Shown: positions 9,789-18,448 of the stretch, one piece after another
How the letters are laid out: every line of letters begins with the position of its first letter
How positions within the stretch are numbered: the stretch's first letter is position 1
Assembly (NCBI GenBank): GCA_945897985.1
Contig: CAMDGN010000001.1
Location: 1 to 61,038, forward strand
Reading direction: 5' to 3'
Source: a candidate division WWE3 bacterium
GTDB lineage: Bacteria; Patescibacteriota; WWE3; UBA101185; UBA10185
DNA: 61,038 bases
Notes under the pieces: generated by a model
What the model saw: the letters and a program-made list of their open reading frames with translations, nothing else
Told to the model about the DNA's origin: nothing
Databases searched by the model: none
Program-made: the position numbers and the translations under genes

Positions 9789-11015
9789 ATGAATACTTCA
9801 AGAATAAAAAAAGACTTCCCTATTCTCAAAAGAGAAGTAAATGGAAAGAAATTAGTTTATTTAGATAATGCTGCAACTTCTCAAAAACCACTCTCTGTTG
9901 TTGAAAAAATTTCAGATTTTTATTTAACCAATAACGCCAATATTCATAGAGGTTTGCATACTTTAAGTGAGGAGGCTTCCGAGATGTATGATGAGGCAAG
10001 GGAAAATATTGCTGATTTCTTTGGTGCTGCTAAATCTGATGAAATTATTTTTACTAGCGGAACCACAGAAAGCGCTAATCTAATTGCCTTTGGTTGGGGC
10101 GAAAAAAATCTTAAACCGCATGACGAGATTTTAGTTCTACTTTCAGAGCATCATTCTAATTTTGTTCCCTGGCAAGAAATTGCTAAAAGAAAAAATGCTA
10201 AATTAATTGTTGAAAATATTCAACCTGATTACTCATATAACTTTACTGAAATGTATAAAAAAATTACTGATAACACTAAACTTGTTGTTTTATCCCATGC
10301 TTCAAATGTTTTAGGAAATATTTTAGAAATCAAAACTATCATTAATAAATGCCAAAAATTTAATCCAAACTTAAGATTTTTTGTGGATGGTGCTCAAGCT
10401 GCTCCGCATCTTGAAGTAAATCTTCAAAGCTTAGGTTGTGATTTCTATGCTATTTCGGGACATAAAATGTTGGGCCCAACCGGAGTTGGAATCTTATATA
10501 TCAAAAAAGAAATTCAAAACGAGGTTGATCCAATTAAGTTCGGTGGAGGAATGATTAAAGAAGTTTATCTTGATGAAACAACCTTAAAAAATTCTTGTGA
10601 AAAATACGAAGGTGGAACACCAAACATTTCTGGTGTAATTGGCATGAGTGAGGCCATAAATTATTTAAGAGAAATTGGTATGGAAAATATTCGAAAACAT
10701 GAGGTTGAGCTTTTGAAGTATTTTTTTGAAAAAGCCCAAGACCACGAAGATATGACTATTTACGGATCGATGTCACCTCTTGAGAGAACCGGTCTTGTTT
10801 CTTTTAACATAAAAAAAATTCATCCGCACGACCTTGCAGCGGTGTTAGCAAACGAGGGGGTGGCTGTACGAAGTGGACATCATTGCGCAATGCCGCTTCA
10901 TAAACATTTGCAGATTCCAGGTTCAGTTAGAGCTAGTTTTTATTTATACAACGATGAGTCTGACATCGATGCTTTATTTACAGCAATTGATAAAGCAAGA
11001 AAGATTCTTTTATAA
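9789..11015 (+). CDS. sufS: cysteine desulfurase SufS (class V aminotransferase)
   Basis: PLP-lysine context SGHKMLGPTG. Catalytic Cys context RSGHHCAMP. Confidence 0.9.
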   Translation: MNTSRIKKDFPILKREVNGKKLVYLDNAATSQKPLSVVEKISDFYLTNNANIHRGLHTLSEEASEMYDEARENIADFFGAAKSDEIIFTSGTTESANLIAFGWGEKNLKPHDEILVLLSEHHSNFVPWQEIAKRKNAKLIVENIQPDYSYNFTEMYKKITDNTKLVVLSHASNVLGNILEIKTIINKCQKFNPNLRFFVDGAQAAPHLEVNLQSLGCDFYAISGHKMLGPTGVGILYIKKEIQNEVDPIKFGGGMIKEVYLDETTLKNSCEKYEGGTPNISGVIGMSEAINYLREIGMENIRKHEVELLKYFFEKAQDHEDMTIYGSMSPLERTGLVSFNIKKIHPHDLAAVLANEGVAVRSGHHCAMPLHKHLQIPGSVRASFYLYNDESDIDALFTAIDKARKILL

Positions 11016-11018
11016 TTT

Positions 11019-11390
11019 ATGGATATTTATAGAGAAGAATTCATGGAGATATATAAAAATCCAATGAATCAAGGAAAAATTGAAAAAGCTTCTTTAGTTG
11101 AGCATGGTACCAATGAAGCCTGTGGGGATGAGATGGATCTTTATCTTAAGATTGAGAACGGAAAAGTTATTGATGCCAAATTTGAAGCTGAGTCTTGTTC
11201 TGTTGGGATAGTCTCAAGCGCAATTTTAACAGACGAAATTAAAGGTAAAACTTTAGCGGAAGTTAAAGCTTTTTCTAAAAAAGACCTTCTAGAATTAATA
11301 GGGGTAAACCTTACAACCTCTAGAATCAAATGTGCTACACTTCCTCTTGAAACGCTTGTAAAGGGCATTGAAGAATATGAACGAAAATAA
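11019..11390 (+). CDS. sufU: SufU/IscU-type sulfur acceptor or scaffold
   Basis: 123 aa. NPxNxG start, NEACGDEM, AESCSVG and IKCATLP Cys motifs of the NifU-N/SufU family. Confidence 0.85.
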   Translation: MDIYREEFMEIYKNPMNQGKIEKASLVEHGTNEACGDEMDLYLKIENGKVIDAKFEAESCSVGIVSSAILTDEIKGKTLAEVKAFSKKDLLELIGVNLTTSRIKCATLPLETLVKGIEEYERK

Positions 11391-11607
11391 ACAAATAACT
11401 ATAACTAAAGATATGAACTTGGGCGAGGTTGTCTTCAAATACCCTGAAGCTGCCGAAGTTCTAACTGACTACGGTTTGTCCTGTGTCGGCTGTTTTGCCT
11501 CCTCTTTTGATACCATTGAGCAAGGTGCTAAAATCCACCAACTCGATGACGAAGAGCTTAACGAAATGATTGAAAGAATCAATGAAGTTATAAACAATGG
11601 AGAATAA
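11368..11607 (+). CDS. DUF1858 (hybrid-cluster-associated redox disulfide) domain protein
   Basis: 79 aa. ...YPEAAEVLTDYGLSCVGCFASSFDTIEQGA... matches the DUF1858 CxxC pattern. Overlaps sufU. Confidence 0.6.
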   Translation: MKNMNENKQITITKDMNLGEVVFKYPEAAEVLTDYGLSCVGCFASSFDTIEQGAKIHQLDDEELNEMIERINEVINNGE

Positions 11608-11839
11608 GAAAAAGATTCACAAAATTTATGTTGATAGAAAAGCTTGTATTGGAGTCGCTACTTGTGTGGTGATTGCTCCTGATGCTTTTGATTTAGATGA
11701 TGAAGGAATAGCTATTGTAAAAGAAGGGGCTGAGAAATTAGACGACAACAAACTTTTAATGGCTGCTCAATCTTGCCCAGTGTTAGCTATTCACCTTTTT
11801 GATGAAGAAGGTAACAGAATTTTCCCAGCCAAACTTTAA
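11597..11839 (+). CDS. small ferredoxin
   Basis: 80 aa. DRKACIGVATCVVIAPDAF...AAQSCP is the single-cluster ferredoxin pattern. Overlaps the upstream gene. Confidence 0.7.
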   Translation: MENKKKIHKIYVDRKACIGVATCVVIAPDAFDLDDEGIAIVKEGAEKLDDNKLLMAAQSCPVLAIHLFDEEGNRIFPAKL

Positions 11840-11863
11840 TCTGCTATCATAAATATAACCCCA

Positions 11864-12265
11864 ATGATGAAGAAGATTAAAAAAATCGAAAGCCTCAATT
11901 ATTTACTATATTTGGTAATAGTACTTCTTGCAGGAGTTGTATTTTTTGCTTTATCCTATTTTACGACAGGAAAGATTGTCGAAGTTACTCAGAACAACGA
12001 AGTTGACTCTGCTTTTGAGATTATGCGTGTTACTCCAACTGGTTTTGACGTTCAGGTACGAAGTGTAGGTGAAGTTAAAATTACATACTATATTGGTACC
12101 GATCCTCAAGTTCTAAATAAGTTTTATCAAACTTCTGATTTTGTTAGGGATGATTTATTTCAGTATAGAAGTCAATTAAACGGTAGAAGTAAGTTTGTGC
12201 AGATTGAGTTTGAAAAGAGTGATGGAACTAAACTTAAATCCCAGATCAAAGAAATTTCAAATTAA
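11864..12265 (+). CDS. membrane-anchored hypothetical protein
   Basis: 133-aa ORF with one N-terminal TM segment. No motif recognised. Confidence 0.5.
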   Translation: MMKKIKKIESLNYLLYLVIVLLAGVVFFALSYFTTGKIVEVTQNNEVDSAFEIMRVTPTGFDVQVRSVGEVKITYYIGTDPQVLNKFYQTSDFVRDDLFQYRSQLNGRSKFVQIEFEKSDGTKLKSQIKEISN

Positions 12266-12291
12266 CTTGTGTTAGAATATCGCTATAAATT

Positions 12292-12366
12292 GGGAGTTTA
12301 GCTCAGCGGTAGAGCGTTCGTCTTATACACGAATGGTCCATGGTTCGAATCCATGAACTCCCACCA
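12292..12366 (+). tRNA. tRNA-Ile (TAT anticodon)
   Basis: Acceptor GGGAGTT/AACTCCC, perfect anticodon stem TTCGT/ACGAA, loop CTTATAC (anticodon TAT), GGTTCGAATCC T-arm, encoded CCA. Confidence 0.85.
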
Positions 12367-12404
12367 TTTATATTTTCCAAAAAATTAGATAGGCAAAATG
12401 AAAA

Positions 12405-12483
12405 CGGGACCATATTAATTATCGACTATTGCTGATGCGCATCATGTGATGGGCGAGCGTGTCTGATAAAAAATATAGTCCCG
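12405..12483 (-). terminator. 79-nt nested imperfect hairpin followed (minus strand) by a T-rich run; likely terminator or insulator before the tRNA
   Basis: Outer stem 12405-12415/12473-12483 (10 of 11 bp). Inner stem 12419-12426/12461-12469 with one bulge. Central 12-bp palindrome TGATGCGCATCA at 12433-12444. The minus strand continues TTTTCATTTT. Confidence 0.4.
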
Positions 12484-12532
12484 AAATTGTAGTCTTTATA
12501 TCAGAGGCGCTAAGTCCTCTGAGATTCAAAAT

Positions 12533-12549
12533 CTACATATCTTCCTCCC
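12533..12549 (-). other. strong SD followed by a start-stop (GGGAGGAAGAT-ATG-TAG)
   Basis: Minus strand: GGGAGG at 12549-12544, ATG at 12538-12536, TAG at 12535-12533. The same frame then stays open for 37 more codons to TAA at 12421-12419. Confidence 0.3.
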
Positions 12550-12685
12550 TAATATTTACATCTCTTTTTGAATGAGGTGAGATGCAGCCTCTATATTTAA
12601 ACACGACATTTCTGTCGTGGAATACCCAAGTAAAGCGGTGTGCCCGCTAAGACTTGTTCTAGTCAATGTATGTCTAGATATGGGT

Positions 12686-12714
12686 ATTATGTCACAAACC
12701 GCCTTCCTTGTCAA
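12686..12714 (-). promoter_or_regulatory. promoter-like TTGACA-17-CATAAT (minus strand) built on the 15-bp repeat
   Basis: TTGACA is the complement of 12709-12714. CATAAT is the complement of 12686-12691. The spacer is exactly 17 nt. Confidence 0.4.
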
Positions 12715-12723
12715 TACTATAGG
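12709..12723. repeat. 15-bp direct repeat tgtcaatactatagg, copy 1
   Basis: Identical to 13372-13386. It sits immediately after the stop of ORF 12725..12925. Confidence 0.7.
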
Positions 12724-12724
12724 C

Positions 12725-12925
12725 TTATCGAAGAATGCAGTTGAGCCCAAACTTGATCTGCTTCCACCCCATAAAAGGGAATAGAAGATTTTCGTTACGG
12801 GAGCAATGCTTTATGTCCTTATACTCAAGGACATAGCCCTTGCTTAGAGCTTTAAGAAACTTCTCACGGTCTCTTACCCAGATTGTCTTATGCCACAATT
12901 CCTGAGGTATGCTTAAAACACTCAT
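12725..12925 (-). CDS. small orphan protein (66 aa) with strong SD
   Basis: AAAGGAGAAGAT precedes the ATG. An upstream TTGATA-16-TAAAAT lies at 12959-12986 (minus). Composition is GC-richer than native genes. Confidence 0.5.
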   Translation of the reverse strand: MSVLSIPQELWHKTIWVRDREKFLKALSKGYVLEYKDIKHCSRNENLLFPFMGWKQIKFGLNCILR

Positions 12926-12958
12926 ATCTTCTCCTTTATAGTGTGTTTATGTGGGTTA

Positions 12959-12986
12959 ATTTTATTCTTTTTTGGTGAAATATCAA
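12959..12986 (-). promoter_or_regulatory. candidate promoter TTGATA-16-TAAAAT for ORF 12725..12925
   Basis: Hexamers read on the minus strand at 12986-12981 and 12964-12959. Confidence 0.4.
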
Positions 12987-13019
12987 GAAAAATTGATTAT
13001 AAATGCTTATAAAATGAAT

Positions 13020-13049
13020 AACGCCAGCAGAACGAATCTTGCTGGCGTT
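13020..13049 (-). terminator. hairpin terminator after ORF 13064..13279
   Basis: 10-bp stem aacgccagca/tgctggcgtt with a 10-nt loop, 14 nt past the stop. T-rich on the minus strand afterwards. Confidence 0.55.
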
Positions 13050-13063
13050 GAATTTGGTTGTTG

Positions 13064-13279
13064 TCAGACAAACGATTGTCCGACCACAACCAGTCGTACC
13101 CGAGAATAGAATACCCCGTTTCCGTATCGGGTTTCCCCAACTACGGTTTGGGTGAGCTGGAGAACCTCGCGGTCCTCCTTACCCACCCAATTGGGGCGAA
13201 GAAGGTACCCATTTTTTAGGGTACCCTGTTGGGTTAGCGCCCCGTGGCGCTCTGCCAACACTCGTTCTTGTTCGGTCAT
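13064..13279 (-). CDS. small orphan protein (71 aa), GC-rich
   Basis: ATGGAGG SD 5 nt before the ATG, consensus promoter upstream, hairpin downstream. No family recognised. Confidence 0.6.
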   Translation of the reverse strand: MTEQERVLAERHGALTQQGTLKNGYLLRPNWVGKEDREVLQLTQTVVGETRYGNGVFYSRVRLVVVGQSFV

Positions 13280-13348
13280 AAAACCTCCATAATATTGAAA
13301 GTCCTTGTATGTATACGCTTTGGTATTACTACCTTAGCTGTTATAAAT

Positions 13349-13377
13349 ATTATAGGGTATATAACTAATTATGTCAA
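13349..13377 (-). promoter_or_regulatory. consensus sigma70-type promoter TTGACA-17-TATAAT
   Basis: TTGACA is the complement of 13372-13377. TATAAT is the complement of 13349-13354. The spacer is exactly 17 nt. It drives ORF 13064..13279. Confidence 0.6.
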
Positions 13378-13386
13378 TACTATAGG
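13372..13386. repeat. 15-bp direct repeat tgtcaatactatagg, copy 2
   Basis: Identical to 12709-12723. It lies 8 nt from the stop of the tyrosine recombinase gene. Confidence 0.7.
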
Positions 13387-13393
13387 GTGTTTA

Positions 13394-14260
13394 TTAAAGA
13401 ATGCTTAATTCTGAAGATTCTTGAGCCTTTGGATTCTCGATGAATTCAAGGTATTTCTCGGTTGTAGAAAGTCTCTTATGGCCTGATATTTTTGACAAGG
13501 TTTGGATATTGGTTCCGTTTTGTAGGTGGAAAGCTACAAATGTATGTCTTAAATCGTTAACCTTAGCGTCTTTGATTCCAGCTAAATCAAAATACCTATC
13601 AATAGTAGATCTAATATTTCTAATAAGAATTGGATTTCCAGATTTAGTTATAAATAAGAAATCAGATGCCACCCTTGGTCTTTCTTCTAAATATTTTTTA
13701 ACTGCAGTAACGGCAGCTTTATTTAGAGGAATTTCTCTTGCTGATACAGCGTTCTTTTTTGGAAGAGTTAGTTTTGGAGAAGTTGATTCAACTTCTACTC
13801 CACCAACTTTTAATTCTGAAAGTTCACTGATTCTAAGTCCTGTTTGTAGCAGGATTTCAACCATTGCAAGGGTTCTAACGTCTTCTCTACACGCGTCTCT
13901 TAAAGCTCCATATTCTAGTCTAGATAGAATTCTAGGTGCTTTTGATTCAACTTTAGGGTGTTTTAAGTCCTTTGAAGGATTTACTTTTACAAATCCCTGG
14001 TTATTTAGATATTTAAAGAATGTCTTAATTGAGTTAATTTTTCTAGAAATTGATTTAAGAGTATAATTACTGGATCTTAAGCTGTCGATAAATTCATTTA
14101 AATTATCAAATTCTACTGTAAGTAAGTTTTCAACATTTCTAGCTTCTAGATGGCTAATAAGTTGCTCGATATCTTTGGTGTAGGCTACAACTGTAGTTTG
14201 AGGTCTTCCAATCTCTTTAAGGTGTTTAATGAAGTTTTCGTGTCCTTTTTTAAATTCCAT
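13394..14260 (-). CDS. tyrosine recombinase (XerC/XerD-like integrase)
   Basis: 288 aa. N-terminal SAM-like core-binding domain. Catalytic pattern GLRISE...DLRHTF...GHKRLSTTEKYLE (R..HxxR..Y). AT-rich and without SD, like native genes. Confidence 0.85.
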   Translation of the reverse strand: MEFKKGHENFIKHLKEIGRPQTTVVAYTKDIEQLISHLEARNVENLLTVEFDNLNEFIDSLRSSNYTLKSISRKINSIKTFFKYLNNQGFVKVNPSKDLKHPKVESKAPRILSRLEYGALRDACREDVRTLAMVEILLQTGLRISELSELKVGGVEVESTSPKLTLPKKNAVSAREIPLNKAAVTAVKKYLEERPRVASDFLFITKSGNPILIRNIRSTIDRYFDLAGIKDAKVNDLRHTFVAFHLQNGTNIQTLSKISGHKRLSTTEKYLEFIENPKAQESSELSIL

Positions 14261-14320
14261 AATACTATAAGTTAAGAATAATAACCTATATTATCAAATA
14301 AAGCAAGGATATTAAAGACC

Positions 14321-14728
14321 TTGCAATTTGAAAATTTCAGTAATATATTAATTGATACTATGTTCCTGCCATTCCTGCTTAAGAAAATAATCCTACCTGG
14401 TATTGTGCTCTTTGGTTTTTACCAGATTTACATGACAATTGACTCTGTTTACCAAACTTCCGAGAAAAAAGACGACTTGAATCAGCAGATATTAGGGCTA
14501 AAGGATCAAAAAAGAACCTTGGAGGATAAATTTCTAGTTATAAATTCAGATGAGTTTGTTGAGATGGAGGCTAGAACGAAGCTAAGCATGAAAAAAGAAG
14601 GTGAAGAGGTGTACCTTGTACCATCGACAGTCGCTCCTGCTGCAGAGAAAGTTGATTATATTGAGACTGACGCAAGGCTTGTTATGAAGAAATCAAATTT
14701 TTCCAAGTGGGTAGAATTATTATTCTAG
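14321..14728 (+). CDS. FtsB/DivIC-like septum formation initiator (start uncertain; TTG at 14321 or ATG at 14360)
   Basis: One TM segment, then a coiled coil, then ...FVEMEARTKLSMKKEGEEVYLVP, typical of the DivIC/FtsB family. Confidence 0.55.
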   Translation: MQFENFSNILIDTMFLPFLLKKIILPGIVLFGFYQIYMTIDSVYQTSEKKDDLNQQILGLKDQKRTLEDKFLVINSDEFVEMEARTKLSMKKEGEEVYLVPSTVAPAAEKVDYIETDARLVMKKSNFSKWVELLF

Positions 14729-14752
14729 TTTGTTATACTTTATAAACTCGAT

Positions 14753-14826
14753 AGCGGGGTGGAGGAATGGTACCTCGTCAGGCTCATAATCTGAAGGTCT
14801 CGGTTCAAATCCGAGCCCCGCAACCA
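14753..14826 (+). tRNA. tRNA-Met (CAT), initiator-like
   Basis: The 3' end CCCCGCAACCA and the GCGGGG 5' arm resemble E. coli tRNA-fMet. Position 1:72 is an A:A mismatch. Anticodon loop CTCATAA. Confidence 0.85.
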
Positions 14827-14880
14827 AAAATTCAATCTTTCTATTAAAATTTTCGTAAATTTTGTTAAAATACTAACATC

Positions 14881-14957
14881 GCCGATATAGCTCAGGTGGT
14901 TAGAGCGGACGTTTCATAAGCGTCAGGTCAGTGGTTCAACTCCACTTATCGGCACCA
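14881..14957 (+). tRNA. tRNA with CAT anticodon (elongator Met or Ile2; cannot be told apart by eye)
   Basis: Acceptor GCCGATA/TATCGGC, anticodon stem GACGT/GCGTC, loop TTCATAA, encoded CCA. Confidence 0.85.
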
Positions 14958-15025
14958 TAATAACCTATTGATAATAGAAAACTATTTATTGAAATTTGTT
15001 AAACATAGGCTAGAATAAGTTATCT

Positions 15026-16900
15026 ATGGCCAAAGATCAAAATTCAAAACATGATAAAAAGCAAAAAGAGTTAGAACTTTTCCTTAAAAATTCCCAAAAA
15101 AAGACAGGTAAAAATGCACAGCCAAATATATTATTTTGGATAATTATTTTCGCAGTAGGTTGGATTTTGATTTCAACCATATTTGAAAATTCAATGTCGG
15201 GAACTGACAAGCCTTTTAACGAGTTTATCAAGCAAGCTAAAGACGGCAATGTTCTCAACTTAACTGTTGTTGGAGATGAAATTAAAGTTAAGCTTACAAA
15301 TGGTGAGGAGTTTTCAGTAAAGAAAGAATCTAACTCTACCATCGACCAAATCTTAATTAATAACCAAATCCCTGTTTCTCAGATTAAAGGAGAGTTGAAG
15401 GTTGATAAGAAGATGTCTTTTGAGCAGATTATTTCGCCTCTTTTAACAATTCTGTTACCAATAGTAATCATCTATTTTATTTTTAAACAAATGAGGGGTT
15501 CTTCAAACGATGTGTTTAACTTTGGAAAGTCCAAAGCAAAGTTATTTTTTAAAGGACAGCAAAGCATTACATTTAATGATGTGGCTGGTAACAAAGAGGC
15601 AAAACTAAACCTACAAGAAATTGTCGATTTCTTAAAATACCCAGATAAGTACAGAAAACTTGGAGCTAGAATTCCAAAAGGAGTTCTATTAGTCGGAGCT
15701 TCTGGTGTTGGAAAAACACTTCTTGCGAAAGCTATAGCCGGAGAAGCTGGTGTTCCTTTCTTCTCCGTAGCTGGATCTGAATTTATGGAGATGTTAGTTG
15801 GAGTAGGATCCTCAAGAGCACGAGACTTATTCAGAATGGCTAGAGAGCAACAACCAAGTTTAATTTTTATTGATGAGATTGATGCAATTGGTAGACAAAG
15901 AGGTATGGGTATTGGTGGTGGTCATGATGAAAGAGAACAAACTCTAAATCAAATCCTTGTTGAAATGGACGGTTTTGATGAGAGAACAAACGTTATTGTT
16001 CTTGCTGCAACAAATAGACCTGACATGCTTGACCCAGCTTTGGTTAGACCTGGAAGATTAGATAGAAAGATCAGTATTCCATTACCAGACTTTGAAGACA
16101 GAAAAGGTATCACTGAGATTCACATGAGAAATAAACCTTTCGAAGATAATGTTTCTGTTGACGATATCGCAAAGAAAACAGTAGGATTTAGTGGTGCTGA
16201 TATAGAGAATATGTTAAACGAAGCTGCAATACTTGCAGCCAGGGAAAACTTTACAAAGATTACTCCAAAAAATATTGATGACGCCTCCTTAAAAGTTACA
16301 ATGGGTGAAGAAAGAAGGTCTCTAATTACCGATGAAGAGAAAAAAATCATTGCCTATCACGAGGCAGGTCATGCTTTAGTTGCTGCAAAGTCAAAAGACA
16401 TGGACCCTGTATATAGAATCTCTATTATTCCAAGAGGTGGGTCTTTAGGTCATACCAGCCTTCCACCTGAGAAAGATAGGTACAACGAGACCAAGACAAG
16501 ACTACTATCTATTATTGCAACAATGCTTGGCGGTAGGGCCGCAGAAGAAGTTATTTATGATGAAATTACAGTTGGTGCTTCTAGCGATATTGAGAGAGCA
16601 ACTTCTTTGGCTCGAAAAATGGTTACTGAGTTTGGAATGTCCTCATTGGGACCAATCTCATTTGATGGTCATCATGGAAGCTACTTCTTAGCTAAAGAAT
16701 TAGGTGAAGGCCCGCTTTACTCAGAAGAAACTTCCGCAAAAATTGATAGAGAGATTAGAGAGATTATTGAAACTTCACATAAAAACGCAGTTAAGATCCT
16801 AAAGGACAATCGAAAAGCCTTAGATGAGGTTACAAATAGACTTCTTGAGAAAGAAACTATTGATGGAACTGAGTTTATTGAAATTTTAAATTCTAATTAA
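15026..16900 (+). CDS. ftsH: ATP-dependent zinc metalloprotease FtsH
   Basis: Two TM segments, AAA Walker A GASGVGKT, Walker B IIFIDEID, SRH, and the HEAGH zinc motif. Confidence 0.95.
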   Translation: MAKDQNSKHDKKQKELELFLKNSQKKTGKNAQPNILFWIIIFAVGWILISTIFENSMSGTDKPFNEFIKQAKDGNVLNLTVVGDEIKVKLTNGEEFSVKKESNSTIDQILINNQIPVSQIKGELKVDKKMSFEQIISPLLTILLPIVIIYFIFKQMRGSSNDVFNFGKSKAKLFFKGQQSITFNDVAGNKEAKLNLQEIVDFLKYPDKYRKLGARIPKGVLLVGASGVGKTLLAKAIAGEAGVPFFSVAGSEFMEMLVGVGSSRARDLFRMAREQQPSLIFIDEIDAIGRQRGMGIGGGHDEREQTLNQILVEMDGFDERTNVIVLAATNRPDMLDPALVRPGRLDRKISIPLPDFEDRKGITEIHMRNKPFEDNVSVDDIAKKTVGFSGADIENMLNEAAILAARENFTKITPKNIDDASLKVTMGEERRSLITDEEKKIIAYHEAGHALVAAKSKDMDPVYRISIIPRGGSLGHTSLPPEKDRYNETKTRLLSIIATMLGGRAAEEVIYDEITVGASSDIERATSLARKMVTEFGMSSLGPISFDGHHGSYFLAKELGEGPLYSEETSAKIDREIREIIETSHKNAVKILKDNRKALDEVTNRLLEKETIDGTEFIEILNSN

Positions 16901-16904
16901 TAAC

Positions 16905-17810
16905 ATGCGAAAAATTGTAATTGTTGATACTTTTAATTTCCTTCATAGGGCATATCACGCTATTCCAAAATCATTTAGAGCCCCCGATGACACCCCAACT
17001 AACGCGGTGTATGGTGTGACTTCAATGTTAATCTCTTTGATAAATGAAACCAGGCCAGATTGTATTGTTGCGGCACTAGACTCAAGAAAACCAACCTTTA
17101 GGTCCGAAGAATTTTCAAATTACAAAGCTCAAAGAAAAGAAATGGAAGATGATTTGAAAGTTCAAATACCTTTAGTTTTTGAATCAATAGATTTGCTCGG
17201 GATCTTAAAAATAAATTGTGAAGGATATGAAGCTGATGATGTAATTGGAACTTTAGTTACTAAACTTGAGTCAGAAGAACAAAACCAAATTTACATTGTT
17301 TCAAATGATAGGGATATGTGGCAATTAATTTCTAAAAATGTTTTTGTTTTAATTCCAAATACCAAAGGCGGTTTCGATAAAATTGATGAAGAAGAAGCTT
17401 TAAAAAGATTAGAGTTTAACAAAAAACATTTAGTTGATTACAAGGCCTTAAGGGGAGATACTTCAGATAATATCCCCGGAGTGTATGGTATTGGAGAAGT
17501 AACAGCTAAAAAATTAATTTCCCAATATGAAACTGTTGAAAACATTTATAAACATATAGACGAGATTAAACCTGAGGGCCTAAAGACTAAATTAGTTGAA
17601 AGTGTGGAGATGGCCTATATGAGTAAGAAGCTTGCCACAATTATACTTGATGCCCCAATCCAGTTTAAAATAGAAGATTGTCAGTTTAAATTAGTTATTA
17701 GCGACGAACTTGTCTCCTTTTTAACAAAAATGAATTTTAAATCTCTTCTTAGAAGGCTAAATGTAGATATTGATAAGAAACTGCCTGAAAATCAGTTAAA
17801 CTTATTTTAA
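16905..17810 (+). CDS. stand-alone 5'-3' exonuclease / flap endonuclease (Pol I N-domain-like)
   Basis: 301 aa with LVDGSxxxFRAYxA-type start (IVDTFNFLHRAYHA), SNDRDMWQL and GDTSDNIPGV motifs. No polymerase domain. Confidence 0.85.
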   Translation: MRKIVIVDTFNFLHRAYHAIPKSFRAPDDTPTNAVYGVTSMLISLINETRPDCIVAALDSRKPTFRSEEFSNYKAQRKEMEDDLKVQIPLVFESIDLLGILKINCEGYEADDVIGTLVTKLESEEQNQIYIVSNDRDMWQLISKNVFVLIPNTKGGFDKIDEEEALKRLEFNKKHLVDYKALRGDTSDNIPGVYGIGEVTAKKLISQYETVENIYKHIDEIKPEGLKTKLVESVEMAYMSKKLATIILDAPIQFKIEDCQFKLVISDELVSFLTKMNFKSLLRRLNVDIDKKLPENQLNLF

Positions 17811-17812
17811 AT

Positions 17813-18448
17813 ATGGATTTATCAACTCGTGCAATTGAAATTGCAGAATTACTTCAAAAGAATAACGATTCTCCTGAAACTGAGCTAACTACTTCCAATG
17901 AAAGAGAGCTTTTAATTGCGGTATGTTTATCAGCCCAAACTACAGATAAAAAAGTAAACGATGTGACACCTGCTTTATTTAAAAAGTATCCATCTTGGGA
18001 AACACTAGCTGACGCAAACTTAGAGGAGCTTCAATCTTATATAAGGCAAGTTAATTTCCATAAGGGTAAGGCTGAAAGACTAATTAAAGCTTCAAGATAC
18101 ATTCTAGATAATTTTAATGGCAAGGTTCCGGATACAATTGAAAGCTTGATTGAAATTCCTGGTGTGGCTCGAAAATCCGCCAACGTTATTCTAAATGAAG
18201 TTTTTGATAAAGCTGAAGGGGTTGTTGTGGATACCCATGTTACTAGAGTCTCAAATCGGTTAGGTTTAACTTCAAACCAGGACCCCAAGAAGATTGAGAA
18301 AGATTTAATGGCAATTTTGCCTAAAAAATATTGGAGAAATTTTTCTGGAAATATTGTCTTACTTGGGAGATATGTCTGCAAAGCAAGAAAACCTGCATGC
18401 GATAAGTGTCACTTGAATCAAATTTGTCCCAGCGCCTTTAAGATTTAG
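17813..18448 (+). CDS. nth: endonuclease III
   Basis: HhH-GPD (IPGVARKSANVIL) and C-terminal Fe-S Cys cluster CKARKPACDKCHLNQIC. Confidence 0.9.
   Translation: MDLSTRAIEIAELLQKNNDSPETELTTSNERELLIAVCLSAQTTDKKVNDVTPALFKKYPSWETLADANLEELQSYIRQVNFHKGKAERLIKASRYILDNFNGKVPDTIESLIEIPGVARKSANVILNEVFDKAEGVVVDTHVTRVSNRLGLTSNQDPKKIEKDLMAILPKKYWRNFSGNIVLLGRYVCKARKPACDKCHLNQICPSAFKI

Noticed and set aside
12405-12483. Two ideas: an integron attC-like folded site, or a dif-like site. TGATGCGCATCA resembles the XerC arm GGTGCGCATAA of proteobacterial dif.
   Set aside because: There are no RYYYAAC/GTTRRRY core sites. The cassettes carry their own promoters and are co-directional with the recombinase, unlike integrons. 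Only one dif arm matches and the other arm does not. The T-tail on the minus strand fits a terminator better. I kept it only as a low-confidence note.
12556-12750. 64-aa ORF that, joined to 12725..12925 by a frameshift, vaguely recalls a tyrosine-recombinase box II (RHT...LLGYSTTEM).
   Set aside because: There is no catalytic Tyr and the spacing is wrong. The start overlaps the upstream ORF and has no SD. The promoter-like 15-bp repeat falls inside it. I treat the stretch as non-coding or an uncertain remnant.
13440-14066. 208-aa plus-strand ORF.
   Set aside because: It is fully antisense to the well-supported tyrosine recombinase gene. It is a typical shadow ORF with low-complexity Ser/Leu/Phe content.
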